Below, one piece after another: positions 31,915 to 45,770 of a stretch of 64,000 nt of DNA; position 1 is the first letter of the stretch, and every line of letters begins with the position of its first letter. The notes below the pieces were generated by a model that ran no database searches, was not told the origin of the DNA, and saw nothing but the letters and a program-made list of their open reading frames with translations. Source of the stretch: the human T2T-CHM13v2.0 reference genome, Homo sapiens. The stretch lies in the NCBI RefSeq assembly GCF_009914755.1, contig NC_060929.1, one strand, 5' to 3'. The translations under genes were made by a program, and so were the position numbers.

Positions 31915-33699
31915 CTAATTTCACATCCTTTTGAACACAATAGATATGCCCGCAGGCTCTGGAGACGATTCTGGGCTCAGTGGTTTCACTATTCCTCTTG
32001 TTCATCTATTCATTGCCATAACCCATTATATTGGGATTTGCAAATGGACATTCTAGCTTTTGTCACAAATATGCAGGCTGTTGTTGTGTACAAAGGGAGT
32101 CAATATTTGTCTTCTTCCTAACCTCATACCACTCCATTAAAGAACCGGAAATAAATAAATCAGCCATACCAGAGAGCCAGCCATTCTATCCTAAGTGTTC
32201 TTTGTAAAGCACTTTTGAAAACTAGAATTTCATTATGTAAGCATTACAAATTGGCAGGGGGACGTGGGGGAAGGAGAAAAGAGAGCATGGCCCTGGTAAC
32301 TGATGTGAAGGGGACCTAAAATCCTGATCATGAGAACTCTGAAAACAGTCGAAGCAGAAGAGGACTGCCACACTAAGAAAGTGACCCAGTGGAACAGAGA
32401 ATGGATCCAAGGTCAGGCTGTCTCTTTTGGTAACAATGATGTAGAGCATCTCTCTCCTAGAGTCATGCTGTCCTTCAGGATGTTTTAAGCATAAAACACA
32501 CATGCACATGGTAGAATTAAATGGTTTGGAGTTATGGCTATTATCCCAGTTTTCTTTAACATTAGCTGCATCTTTCCAATGCAGCAACATGTTATTTCAG
32601 CCAATGAATTTCTGACATAAACTGTAAAAGAATGACCTTAGGCCCTTCCAGGTTACTGATGCTGTTAGATATTATCCTTCATCTTTTTTAACATCAGGTA
32701 TATTCTAAGGCCTTTAGAGTTAGAAGAATGTCAGAGAGAAAATATTAATGGGACTTTAGTGCCAACCACTTACACAGTGTTTTAGTTTTCTATCGTTTCT
32801 TTCCTTTTTCCTCACTCTCCAACTTCCCTGGAAGCTCACAAGGAGTAAAAGCATGTCCTCTAATGTATTTCACTAAAACGTTTATAAAAAATACTTTTGC
32901 AAATCGAGGGAGAGATTTTTTTTTTTCAAGTGACAGAAACATAGGCCACAAGAAGTTCTGGGGAAAGAGGAGCTAGTTTGGTTTGGGGCTTAAATTTTAC
33001 TATCCCATCCAAAATAGCGGAGTTTGACATGCTATTTCCCAGATTACAAGATTTAAATTATTGCTTTGCCTCACATCATCAGTACTTGCCCTGAAAGTTC
33101 TTCCCAAATAAGTACTCCCTCAGCTCATAAACTTTTATATTGTGTTTTCCACTGTGCATTGCCCCTTCAATCAAAACTGCTCTTTATGGTTTAAAGTTTG
33201 GGAATCAGATGATCCCATTCAGTTGTGTTTCTCATAGGCACTGATGTTTGAAGGAAACCATTAACCTGTTTGTGGAAGGAAATTTCAAACCCATAAGGAG
33301 GTGGGGAAATTAAGTCATTTACACATCCCTTTATCCCCTCTCCTGTTTCAAGGAAACCTACCCCAATCTTGCCTGACTACTAATTTGTAAGAAAGATTCT
33401 AGAATCCTGAATGATGTTATCTGAAGCTCTGTTTTTGAATACAGAGAGATCATAAATAACATGTTGTATTTGTGAAGCTTAATAACTCACATATATACGC
33501 TTATATATGTCTATGCTATATACATTTGTGCTACCCCCCTCCTGCCTGCCCACACACATGCTTTTGATTGTGGCTGGCTATTCTTTTCTTCCTTCAGTAA
33601 AAAAAATGCCAAATTTTGGGTAACCCAGAATGAAGACTGCACTTTCTAGCCTCCCAACAAGGTATGCCTGTTTGACTAGAAGAAAATACATAAGAATTT

Positions 33700-34620
33700 T
33701 ATTTTTATAATTGCAGAGTGTGGCTGCCTTCCTAATATGATACAAAAATAAAAATTCATAGAAGAAAATACTGACAATATAGGAGAAAAGACTATGTCAA
33801 TATGACAAATAACAACCCAAGAAAATTGTTTGTCAATCATGTGAACCAACAGACCATTTTTCTTAATATCAGCAATCTCAACATGTCAATGAAAAAATGT
33901 CCAATAACTCAATATGTAAGTGAAATAAACAGAAAATACACAGGAAAGGAAATATTAACAATGAGTCTTAAACCTAAGAGAAAAAAGCCAAATCCCCTTT
34001 GCTTATAATAGAACCACAAATTTTAAAAGATTGGCAAAGGTAAAAGGACTTTGATATGCTTTGTCAAGGGTTTGAAGAAGTTTTCTCTCAAAATTGCTGA
34101 TGAAATATAAAATGGTAGCACTTCTATGGATACCATTTTCAACATATATTGATAATATTAATGTTTATCTGCTTTTTACCCAATAAATACATTTTATGCC
34201 AATGTGATTTCATTGCTGCAAAAATTTGTGCATACCAGAAATTTCTGTAATAGAAAGAGTTTAGAAATCCCATTATGAAGTGAATGATTAACAGATTATA
34301 GTATATGGTTAACAGATGATTAACACATGCATTCAATGTAGTACTAGACAGTATTAATAATTAAAAATATATAATTATTTCCAATACATATTGTTAATTG
34401 AAAAAAGTCAAGTTATAGAATAAATGTATATTGTGCTATCAGCTCTTAAAAATGAATGTAAAATTAACTACATAAGAAATGACAATTTTTGACTTTAGGA
34501 AGGTTATTAGTAAGGCTGAGCCATAGTAATAGTAGGGTAATTGCTTTTAGCTATATTCTTTTGTTCTTTTTAAAAAATTGGCCATGAATCTATAGTAACT
34601 ATTCATCAGCCTTTTAATTC
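33700..34620 (+). mobile_element. Degraded L1ME-type 3' fragment
   Basis: A-rich; 'gattggcaaag...aaattgctgatgaaatataaaatggta'. Confidence 0.5.
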
Positions 34621-34799
34621 AAGATTTTTCTTCCAGGTTAGTGCTACTCTCCTCCTGACTGACTATCAATCTGGATTGTCCCTTTGTGCTTCAGTCACCT
34701 GAATGTTCATTTAGATTACTAATGCATCAGAGAAAGAGAAAGTGAACTGGCATTCCTTAAGCACAGCATTATTTATTAAACTGAAGTGCTTTGCAAAAT

Positions 34800-35050
34800 G
34801 TTCTTGTGCACATTTAATCTTCATAACAGATAAGAAAACATGGAAACTGGGAGCTAGAAAAGAGTTGCTATTTCTTGAATGCCTACAATGCTCTTGGCAC
34901 TTTACATACATTCTATTTTTTCATTTCTCATTGGAGTCCTCTTATTAACCATACTTTTAAAATGACATATGTTAAGTACAACCTTATGAAAAATCTTGCC
35001 CAAAGTTAGCCAACTGAAATAAGTCAGTACTGTAATTTCAACCCGGTTTA
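34800..35050 (-). mobile_element. MIR fragments
   Basis: 'cttgaatgcctacaatgctcttggcactttacatacatt...atcttgcccaaagttagccaact'. Confidence 0.55.
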
Positions 35051-35619
35051 TTTATTAATAGAAACACACATCAAAAAGTTTAGCAATAACAATAACAATA
35101 AACAACAAACACAACAAAACAACAGACAACAAAACAACATCAGTCTTGGTACATGCCATTGTTGGCTTCAGCTTCTATCTCTGATAATTGCCCTCAAAGG
35201 GTACAGAGTTACCTTTGTCACTTCCACGCAATTTTTAATGCACTGTCCAAATCTTTGCTTTAGAAATCAGAAGAAAACGTGATATATTTTTAAAAGAATG
35301 AACTTAATCCCTGTGAATTCCTTTTAGTTAGACCTTACTATTTTACATTTGGAGTGATATTACCATTTTATCTCAGACATCATCCATTTCCACCTTCACT
35401 TTTTAAAGATCATGTCTTTCTAGGTTTTTGGTGGGAAAATATGGATATTTTATGATCATTCTTGAGTCAGTACCACACTTCATGTATGTCTCTGATGCCT
35501 GATAACAATGTGGGATTTCTGCATAGCTATCTGCCTCCCATTGTGCTGATACCTCTGCATAAATGACTAGAGACGGTGACTTTGGAGCAATTCATATTAT
35601 TTTATTTCCTGTCCCTTTG

Positions 35620-35780
35620 TTCTCTGCAGTACCACCACTGAGCCTTTACTTAATCTCTTTGTCTAAAATAGGAATAATAAGTAAACTGACTAATGTGGCT
35701 TTGTATTAACAAATGAGACAATAGAGTGCCTAGTACAGCACCTGGTTCATAGTCAATGCTCAACAAAAGTAATTATTATT
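35620..35780 (+). mobile_element. MIR fragment
   Basis: 'ttacttaatctctttgtctaaaataggaataata...gtgcctagtacagcacctggttcatagtcaatgctcaacaaa'. Confidence 0.7.
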
Positions 35781-38700
35781 AGTAATATATCACTTTTGAT
35801 TAAATTTCGAATAGAAAAAAGACATATAAGTATAACAGTAATTTCTTTAAAAGTTAAACTTTCTAATATTGAATTACTTTGACCACCCAGTTCCTAAAAA
35901 TTTTTCCCTGGCCAAATGTTATTGTGGTTTATTAATGGGCTCAAGGTCTATGCTATATTGCTAACTTCTTTATTACTTACCAGTTCAGTTAAGTCTTTCA
36001 TGCTTTTTTTCTATCTCCAAGACTCTTTCAATTTCAAATAAAGAAAAATTTGATTATATCTTTTTCCATGTCTCTAAGCACTCTGTTCTTAAGAACTAAT
36101 ATTACGTGTATGTCTGCATACATAATGGGCCTGTATGTGTGCAGTTTTTATCCAGCTCCTCATCCTTTTATTATCCAATTTTTTTTTACAAAATTATTAT
36201 TATTTTGTATAAACTCTGGACAAGAAACTTAAACATATAGCCACTGTTATCTTACCCTTACAAAAGGCATCTGGATTTCTGCTTGAATTAAGAAAATTTC
36301 CTAGGAGCATGAAGGTGCTAGACTCCTTTTCTAGAAAGGGTGAAAGGTGTCAAGGTGTGGATAAAGGACATCTGCAATATGTTCTTAGTAAGAATATGAA
36401 CACAGTTATCCATGGGGAAGCACTGAAATGCTCATCTAGTGGCCTTCATATTTTTTTAAAGGACAAAAGTCTAAGAGCCAAATATGAAAATATTGTCTCT
36501 CAGTAGAAAAAAAATAGTAATTAGTCAGATAAAGTCTATCTAACAAAAGGTGTTTTACAGTGAATTTAAATATTCCAAAAAAATCACTCAAAATTAGAAT
36601 TATTTTTATGTGTTTTGATAATTTTTAAAATAAAAATTTTCATTATTATACAACTCCGACATGAAGAAACCTGGAGATCTCATGAAAGTCAATTAAACAC
36701 GAAAGACAAATTAAATTTCTATTCAGCTTTTCCTGCTACTTTAAAAAAGCAATGGAAAATGAGAAGAATAATTTTACCTAGATAGTATGCAGAGTAGGTA
36801 ATGATCTTGAGACACAGCTAAACCGTGAACCATCACCCACTGGTGAAAGACCTGCTGACTTGTCCTGACTGTGAATCTCTATGAAGCTGGTGGTAAAATT
36901 CTCTGAAGAATCATTACTTAAATATTTTACATATATGCTATTTTTCAAATTATTAAAACCCATTTAGAATAAAAATATAGTGAACTGCAAAATATGTACT
37001 TTTGTTCTTTCATATTTCATATTCCAGTTTTTACTATAATTTCAATATAAAAACCCATGGCTTCCTTCTATATCTGATTAGTAATCCAAGACAAGTCCGA
37101 AGGAATTGTCAAGTGTACTAAAAGGTATACATTCTAAAGAGTTTTAAAATTGTTTTAGTAGATTTTTAGTTTTAATTCACATTCTACTCTCTAAAATGTA
37201 AATGTTAACCTCAGAAATAACAAAGTTATATATACATACATATATTCCTGCTAATCAGACAGTGAATCTGTGAGTGTAATTTTATGTAAAATGTTGGCAT
37301 TTTTAGGTTTGATACAATTCTATTGGCCAGAGCTTGCTTTTCTCATTGATACATGCCGAAACTCTCAGTGTGTAACCTTTCCTCACCCCTTGTTCCCTGT
37401 CCCATTTTGATATTCAAAGTGAACATTAATAGTCTGAATATCCTGCTTTGGATGAACTTTCAAAGAGCATTTCTTACTTCTATATGCAGTGGTGACTTAC
37501 ATCAAGTTTCTGGTGTCCTGGTTGCCATCTTCTGCTCCTATTCTCCAGCACATTCCTAGAATTGAGACCAGAGACATGAGAATATGAGCCAATGTGTCTG
37601 GCATCTTTATGTCCCTTCATATAGAGGCATACTATATGCTAGGCATAAGCAGACTTATCAAATGGTAAGGTTATCATTGTTTTCTACCAAGGCTTTTTAG
37701 GAAAAAGAAGTTCTGTTTGGTGAGGCATTAATTTAAAAAATTCAACACCTCGCTCAGACCCAAAGTGTTATAAGAGTACATGCTTCATAAGAAAGAAAAT
37801 ATTATTTTCACCATACATTGGATATGACACTTTATATAAATTAAAATAACATCAGCAAGATTCATCTCATTAAACATTTAAGCATTCAATATTTAGTCAT
37901 TAGAGTAATCATTTATTGGTTGGCAAATACATTTCTATGGGTCATCTTATGATTAAACTTCAGTTTATATTCCCTTCCCTGAGTTCAATTGGAACCCAGA
38001 AAATAGAGCTGCCAGAAATATCTATATTATGTTATTATTTATAATACATGTAATGATCCATATCTGCAATGTCATTTTAAAAATGTCATCATCATACCAT
38101 CACTTTTGGTAACTAGTACATAGACTATGTTTGTAGATATCAGTGAACTGCATGCCAAAATCAGTATATTTTGAAGGAGGGAACATTATTTGTTTAACAT
38201 TTTACTGCATTTGCACTTATCAGGGTCCTTGTGCAATCATGGAGTAGGACATCAGCACACATAATTTCAGCCTGAAGAAATCACTTGTTGGATTTTCATA
38301 TTATCTAAACAGTTATAGGGCAAGATTATATCAGTGCATGAATTTTTGGAAATGGCTTATTTCACAAAGGGTCTCTGATATTTATGCATTCATAAATTAT
38401 AAAAGAAGACAATATTTTTTTCTTAATGGATTACATGTGTAACTATAAATAGAGAAAGAATTCTAGTTTTGGTTACACAGTGTTTAACAACTTCATTACT
38501 AGTGAGAAAAACCAAGGACTAAGTATTCAGTGGGGTGGGTACTCATTTCACATATTTTATAATAATTCAATACTAATGTTGGTAGGAGGTCAAGATTTAT
38601 TGATTCAAAACATCAATATAAGGAATTATAATATGTCATAGCACTTTCTAAGAATCTGAATATACAGACTATTTTTGGCAGTTGAATTTGGCTCACTTAA

Positions 38701-39768
38701 ATTTTCTTTCAGTATATGAATAGGAATCACTGAACAAATATTTGTTATTTAAAAGGAGAGTTTTCCATTATTAGATTAAATTTTAATTTCTAAAAAGGTA
38801 ATGGCAATGTTAGTATAGAGGTGGCATAAGAGAGGGATGTTCAAAAGCAGACCTAGTTCTAGAAGGTGACTGAAAAGAGTCTAACCTAGTCCAAAACCAT
38901 TTATTATCAAACATACTTGATGGCCTCTCTACCACACATATGTAGAAAGGTGATATTTAGGACATATTAGAACATATATACACATATATATGTATACTTT
39001 CCCATAATTAGAGTTGACACTTGATAAAAAACAAGTCTAATGAAGTTTAAATCACACCAAGTTTAAAATAAATGGTAAATCTAATTTGTGTAACTCTAAC
39101 AGTTGTCTCAAGTTACAAAGTTTTGAACTGCATACTTTAAAGAATTGTTTTTATTAACATTATTTTTCTCTCTTGAGCCATAGGAAATTGTATATTCTTC
39201 TTGAAATACTGTGGTACAGTGCTAATATCAATAGTTAGGCAGAGCTCTATATACTTTAAGGATTGGTTGATATCCACAAAACTAAGTGACTTAATAGAAA
39301 GCCATCATATCTCTGTTGCAGAAATGTTTCACGGTCAGAACAATATTATTTTTAGCAAGTGATTTCAGATATGCTCCAAATACACAGAGATATGAGTAAT
39401 CCAAGCCCCAAATTCTAATTCCTAAACATACTTTATTTAAACAGCTCTCACTAAAAACCCATGGTAGCAATTAGACATTAAAGAATCTCATTAACAGTTT
39501 TAAAAACAAACTCAGGTACATTATTATATGTCAGCATTTTTGCTTATCTTGGGTAAATAATAGGGAATGTGTTAGCTGGGTCTTATGGTAAGTTTATATT
39601 TAACTTTATAAGAAGCTACCAAACTGTTTACCAAAATGACCATACTATTTGCATTCCCATTTGCAATACATGTGAGTTCCACGTGTTTGTCAACACTACT
39701 TTAGCTGCCTCCCATAAATTCTAATGTATGTTTTAATTTCATTAAATTAAAAATATATTCTATTTTTG

Positions 39769-40060
39769 TGCCAGGCATGGTGGCCTCTGCCTGTAATTCC
39801 AGCACTTTGGGAGGCCGAGGTGGGCAGATTGCCCGAGCTCAGGAGTTCAAGAGCAGCCTGGCCAACACGGTAAAACACAATATCCAATAAAAACAAAAAT
39901 TATTTGTGTGTGGTGGGGCGTGCCTGTAGTCCTGGCTACTCTGGAGGCTGAGGTAGATTGATTGGTTGAGCCTGGGAGCCAGAGGCTGCAGTAAGCTAAG
40001 ACTGCCCCACTGCACTCCAACCTGGATGATAGAGTGAGACTCTCTCTCAAAAAAAAAAAA
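39769..40060 (+). mobile_element. Alu SINE (AluJ/S-like)
   Basis: 'gccaggcatggtggcc...ccgagctcaggagttcaagagcagcctgg...gagactctctctcaaaaaaaaaaaaa'. Confidence 0.95.
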
Positions 40061-40119
<59 letters not shown>

Positions 40120-40137
40120 ATTATCTATCTATCTATC

Positions 40138-40179
<42 letters not shown>

Positions 40180-40200
40180 ATCTATGTGTGTGTTTGTGTG
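40061..40200. repeat. Compound (TCTA)n STR followed by (TG)n
   Basis: About 120 bp of atct repeats with interruptions. Confidence 0.95.
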
Positions 40201-41087
40201 TAGTAATTCTATTTTCTTGTGTTTTCTATTTTTTCTTATAAATTATTTAAAAGTCTACTGTTTGATTTTCAAATATGTGAGGGTTTTCCAAATGTTGTTT
40301 TGGTATTGGCTTTTGATTTAACAGCTATATTGGCTGAGAACATACTTTGCATCATTAAATTCTTTTTGATTTGTTAAATTTTGTTGTATGGGCCAGATAT
40401 GGTTTAGTTTGGTGACTATTTCATTCGTTCTTGGAAAGACTGTATATTCCCTTGTTTGGTGAATGGTATGTAAATATTAGGTAGGTTGTGTTTCTTGATA
40501 ATGTTTAAGTCTTCCATATGCTCATTGATTTTCTGTCCATTTATCAATCACCAGAGAAATGTTATCTAAAATTATGAATTTTTTCTAATTAGTTTTATTA
40601 GTTTTTGCTTCATATGCTTTGATGCTGTGTTAAAGTCCATGCACACTTAGAAGTGTCATGTCTTTTTAACAAATGACCTCTCTTTTTATGTAATATTTCT
40701 CTGTCTCAGATAATATTGCTTTGAAGTCCACTTTGATAATAATACAGCTGTTCTCATATGTGTTGGGTTAGTGTTAACAATTTATAGCTTTTTAAAATCC
40801 TTCTACTCTTACCACATACATATTTTGATATTTAAATGTTTCATAAAGTACATAATTAGGTTTTACTTTTTTTAATCCAATATTAAAAACTCTGTCTTTT
40901 AATAGGTATACTTAGACTTTTTTCTTGGTATAATTATTGATGGTTTGCTTAAAATGTACCATCTTGCCAGTTGTTTTCTACTTATTCAATTTCTCCTTTG
41001 ACTTTTTTCTTTTTCCTTTTTGAAACTAGTTGAATATTATCATTCTATTTTACTTTCACTATTGGCTTTTTATTTGTGCCTCATTTA

Positions 41088-41432
<345 letters not shown>

Positions 41433-41889
41433 TTAAAATATACATCTTTAATCTTTAGTAGAACTAAAACAATAATTTTCCTAAAAAGAAAAATTAATAG
41501 ACAATGTGAAACTTCTTTACAAAGCATTTGTTTAGGCCAGAAAAATTGAAAGTGGTAATGGGACAGTGTCAATGCCTGAGCCTAACATAGTAGATGCTCC
41601 TCTCATAATTTATAATTGTATTGAGATTCAGAAGTAAACCTGGCCCAAATGATGTAGTCTGGCATTCCTTTCCTGACTACTCTACATGTCATCTGACTTT
41701 TTATACATAAGACTTGGCTTGAAAGAGAGCAATTCAGTTGTCATAAGTTCTGCTATGACCCATGTTCACCTAGACATTAACTTCTTTACCTGGCTGTGCC
41801 CTAAGCATAAACTTGGGATCTGGAAACATTAGAATACTTTTGCTGATCTGTTTGTATTGTGTAACCTGATTTTGCTTTCTGCTCTATTA

Positions 41890-43055
41890 GATTACTGTGA
41901 ATATTGAATTATTGGCTCCAATATTTGGTTCTTTTACCTACTCTCACCCCTCAGATCCATTCAAATCCTATGGAATCTGCAGCTCCTCTTGTTAGTGATG
42001 GAGTGTAATTTCTTATCTTTTGACTTTGGGGTTGGCCCTGTGACTTGCTGTGTCCAATGAATGCTAACAGATGGGATACAAGTAGAAAGTTGAAACACAT
42101 CTTTTATGCTTCTTCCATCACCACAACAAGAACCCGCTATAGCTGGCCCACTAGCCCAAGAAAGATAAGAGATGTGAGTGAGGAGCAGACTGGTACTCAA
42201 CCTGAAGGTTAGAGCCAAGACACCCTAAATCAACCTAGATCAGCAAACTCCTAGCTGACCTCAGACATGTGAGTAAGAATCAACAATCATTTTAAGCCAC
42301 TGAATTTTGAGATGATTTTATATAGCATTATTGTGACATTGGCTAACCAATACAGCAACTGATATCTGCAGTTGTAGTGCTGCCCTAACTAAAACCTAAA
42401 ATATGTTGAATTTGTTTTGGGACTAGGTGGTGAGGAAGAGTAAATTTTTTTAAGGAGGCTAGAAAAATATGGCTCATGCTATGTAATGGCTACATATTTT
42501 GGTGTGACTCATTTGTGGTAGTCCAGAAGGCAAATAATTTTACCTAGCGAACTCCTAGAATTACAGAAGATTTCAAGAAAAAATATTAGAAGTGTAGGCT
42601 TGTAATTACTAGCTGCATTTGACAGGATATATTAAAAAAAAGAAATAAGCTCAGAAGTAAGCTTAGGTTGTAATGAATATTGAGAAAGCTCGTAGAAAGC
42701 CAAGAAATTTTAGAACAAAATAATTTTTTCCAATAAAAAATGTGGCCATTAAAACACAACCTTAGTAAACAGGTTAAATCCAGGGTGTCACCAAGAAAGT
42801 CTCAGTGTGAAGATCAAATCAAGGGTGTGACTGTCATGCATTTTTAAAAGACCTCTCAAAGGATTACGATGGCACTCAAATGAGCATTTCACCCGAAGCT
42901 CTAGGTAATTAGAAAGATTGTGGACATGGTCTCACAGAAGTATAAGGTGCTCAATATATATAAAATTACCTTTAGAGAAAGACGCTTTTCTAGAAAATAA
43001 GTGATTTTAGTAATTTGCAGTTGATTGAAGTAAATCACATGGAGAAGCAAGAACA
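41890..43055 (+). mobile_element. MLT1G/H-like LTR (to about 42354) plus MaLR internal fragment
   Basis: 'ttggccctgtgacttgctgtgtccaatgaatg...ttttaagccactgaattttgag...ggctaaccaataca', then 'gtgctgccctaactaaaacctaaaatatg'. Confidence 0.75.
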
Positions 43056-43287
43056 TTTTTAAGTGTACCGTATTAGCAAATATGCTGTAGACTTTATAAC
43101 CACTGTACACTTAGGCTACACTGAATTTATAAAAATATTTTTTCTTTCTTCAATAATAAATTAACCTTGGTTCACTGTAACTTCTGACTTTACAAACTTT
43201 TTTTTTAAGTTTTTGACTCTTGTAATAACACTCATCTTAAAACACAAACACATTGTCCAGCTGTACAAAAATATTTCATTTTTTATG

Positions 43288-43564
43288 TTTTTTTTTTAAG
43301 ACAGGGACTTGCTCTGTTGCCAGGATGGAATGCAGTGGTATGATCATAGAACACTGCAAGATCCTGCCGTCTCAGCCTCCTGAGTAAATAGGGCTACAGG
43401 TGTATGCCACGATGCCTGTAATTTTTTAAATATTTTTTTCTTTTTGTAGAGGTGGAGGTCTCCTATGTTGCCTAGGCTGGTCTTGGAATCCTGGCCCCAA
43501 GTAATCCTCCAGACTCAGCCTCTCAAAACACTAGGATTACAGGCATGAGCCACTGAGCCTGGCC
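43288..43564 (-). mobile_element. AluJ SINE (internal deletion)
   Basis: 'agacagggacttgctctgttgccagg...gatcatag...ttgcctaggctggtcttgg...gccactgagcctggcc'. Confidence 0.9.
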
Positions 43565-43621
43565 AACTTTTTTTCTATTTTTAACATTTTTTGAACATTT
43601 TTTCTTAAAAACTAAGATACA

Positions 43622-44217
43622 TATGCCACATTGTCTTAATCCAGTCTATCATTGTTGGACATTTGGCTTGGTTCTAAGTCTTTGCTATTGTGAATAGTAC
43701 CACAATAAACATACTTGTGCATGTGTCTTTATAGCAGCATGATTTATAATCCTTTGGGTATATACCCAGTAATGGGATTGCTAGGTCAAATGGTATTTCT
43801 AGTTCTAGATCCCTGAGGAATCGCCACACTAACTTCCACAATGGTTGAACTAGTTTACAGTCCCACCAACAGTGTAAAAGTGTTCCTATTTCTCCACATC
43901 CTCTCCAGCACCTGTCCTTTGTAGGGACATGGATGAAGCTGGAAACCATCATTCTTAGCAAACTACTGCGAGGACAAAAAACCAAACACTGCATGTTCTC
44001 ACTCATAGGTGGGAATTGAACAATGAGAACACATGGACACAGGAAGGGGAATATCACACACTGGGGCCTGTTGTGGGGTGGGGGGAGGCGGGGGGATAGC
44101 ATTAGGAGATATACCTAATGTTAAATGACGAGTTAATGGGTGCAGCACACCAACATGGCACATGTATACATATGTAACTAACCTGCACGTTGTGCACATG
44201 TACCCTAAAACTTAAAG

Positions 44218-44259
<42 letters not shown>
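43622..44259 (+). mobile_element. L1PA4-like LINE, 5'-truncated with a 5' inversion
   Basis: Antisense L1 segment 43622-43915, sense 3' end 43913-44259 ('gttaaatgacgagttaatgggtgcagcacaccaac'), (AAT)n tail, TSD aaaactaagataca at 43608-43621 and 44260-44273. Confidence 0.95.
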
Positions 44260-44263
<4 letters not shown>

Positions 44264-45244
44264 CTAAGATACAAGTATATAAATTAGCCCAGGCCTACAC
44301 AGGGTCAAGATTATCAATATCCTGTCTTCCACCCCACTTCTTGTATTACTGGAAGGTCATCAGGGAAAATAACACTCATGGGGCTGTCATCATCTTTGAT
44401 AACAATGCCTTCTTCTGGAATACCTCCTATAGGGCCTGCCTGAGGCTATTTTATAGTTAACATTTTTTTAAAAAGTAGAAGGAGTACACTTTAAAATAAT
44501 GATAGAATATACAGTAGAGTAAATACATAAACCAGTAACATAGTCATATGTTATCATTATCAAGTATTATGTATTATATTAAGTATTATGTATAATACTA
44601 TGTGTTACACTTTCATACAATTGGCAGCACAGCAGGTTTGTTTATACTAGCATGACCACAAAAGTATGAGTAATGAGTTGTGCTAAGCCATTGCAATGAC
44701 TACGGCTAAAATATCACTAGGTGATAGGAAATTTTCAGCTACATTATAATCTTATGGGACCACCATCATAAATGCAGTCTCTCATTGACCTAAACGTTGC
44801 TATGAATTCCATGATGTGGTATGAATTTAAATTGTGTATCAGCTTTTGGATAGTGATCCCATTTGGATTAGGAAAGAAAGTTAAAGGGTTAAGGTGTGGT
44901 TTTAATTCTGTAACAGTTTACTCAGTTTTACCAGAAAGAATCAACACAGATAGGTTAGTATTTATTTATTATCTGTGGTAAGCACACAGAAATTGCTTAT
45001 AATTTTTCTATAACTTTCTGTATATTTGCTATATTTCATAGATAAAATTGCAAATTCAAGCAAAAGAAAAATGTAGTCCTGTTTAAGATAAAATCCTTTA
45101 AATCATCAGAAGCCAATTTATGTATAATAACAATTACTGAACATGCAAATAGAGGGTACTTCAATATGAATACCCAAAGTGACAAAAATTAATTTTATTC
45201 ATATGAGGATAATTTTTAAATATTCTATTTCCAAACCATCTAGC

Positions 45245-45770
45245 ATCTAGAAAAAATATTGGACTTGGAGCCAGAAGACTGGGCAAAGACATTAGCTCTA
45301 TCATTTATTAAGCACGGGAATTTTAATTCACTTCTGTAAGACTACCTTGGTTTTCTCACCAGTCAAATGAGGAAATGAATTATAATTTTGAAGATCCTTT
45401 TAGGCCTACTGAATAGATCAAGTAATTAAATAACTATCTAGCCTGTGTTGTTATTGTCTGTTTTCCACAGAAATAAAATATACAGCTGAAGGCAAATAAC
45501 AAATATATCCAATATATATTAGTTTTAAGTCTCTTCAGATTTACTTAGGCTCCCAATTAATAAGACTATAAAAACACAGAGTAAAAGAATACAGAATCTG
45601 GAGACAGGCAAGTTTGGGATAAAACCCCACTTCCCAATTTGCCCACTTCCTACTTTTGTTTTTTTTATGACTAAGCATTTTTTCTTTACTCTTGTATATG
45701 GTAGTGATATCAAACTTGTTAGGCTTGTGGTAAGAATTTAAGATACTACATGTAACATACCTGTCATCAT
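45245..45770 (+). mobile_element. Two MIR-family fragments
   Basis: 'tattggacttggagccagaagactggg...ttttctcaccagtcaaatgagg'; 'ttgttaggcttgtggtaagaatttaag'. Confidence 0.6.

Larger units (their letters stand above)
43062..44817. mobile_element. Tigger3 (MER7/Golem-type) DNA transposon, interrupted by an Alu and an L1
   Basis: 'cactgtacacttaggctacactgaattt', 'aggcctacacagggtcaag', terminal 'ataatcttatgggaccaccatc...ttgacctaaacgttgctatg'. Confidence 0.85.

Noticed and set aside
32330-32488. 52-codon small ORF MRTLKTVEAEEDCHTKKVTQWNREW...
   Set aside because: No promoter context or recognisable homology; this length is expected by chance
36779-36920. Minus-strand exon candidate ending TAG|gtaaaa
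   Set aside because: Weak acceptor and stops in all frames; insufficient support
43674-44102. 142-aa ORF
   Set aside because: Chimeric read-through across the L1 inversion junction
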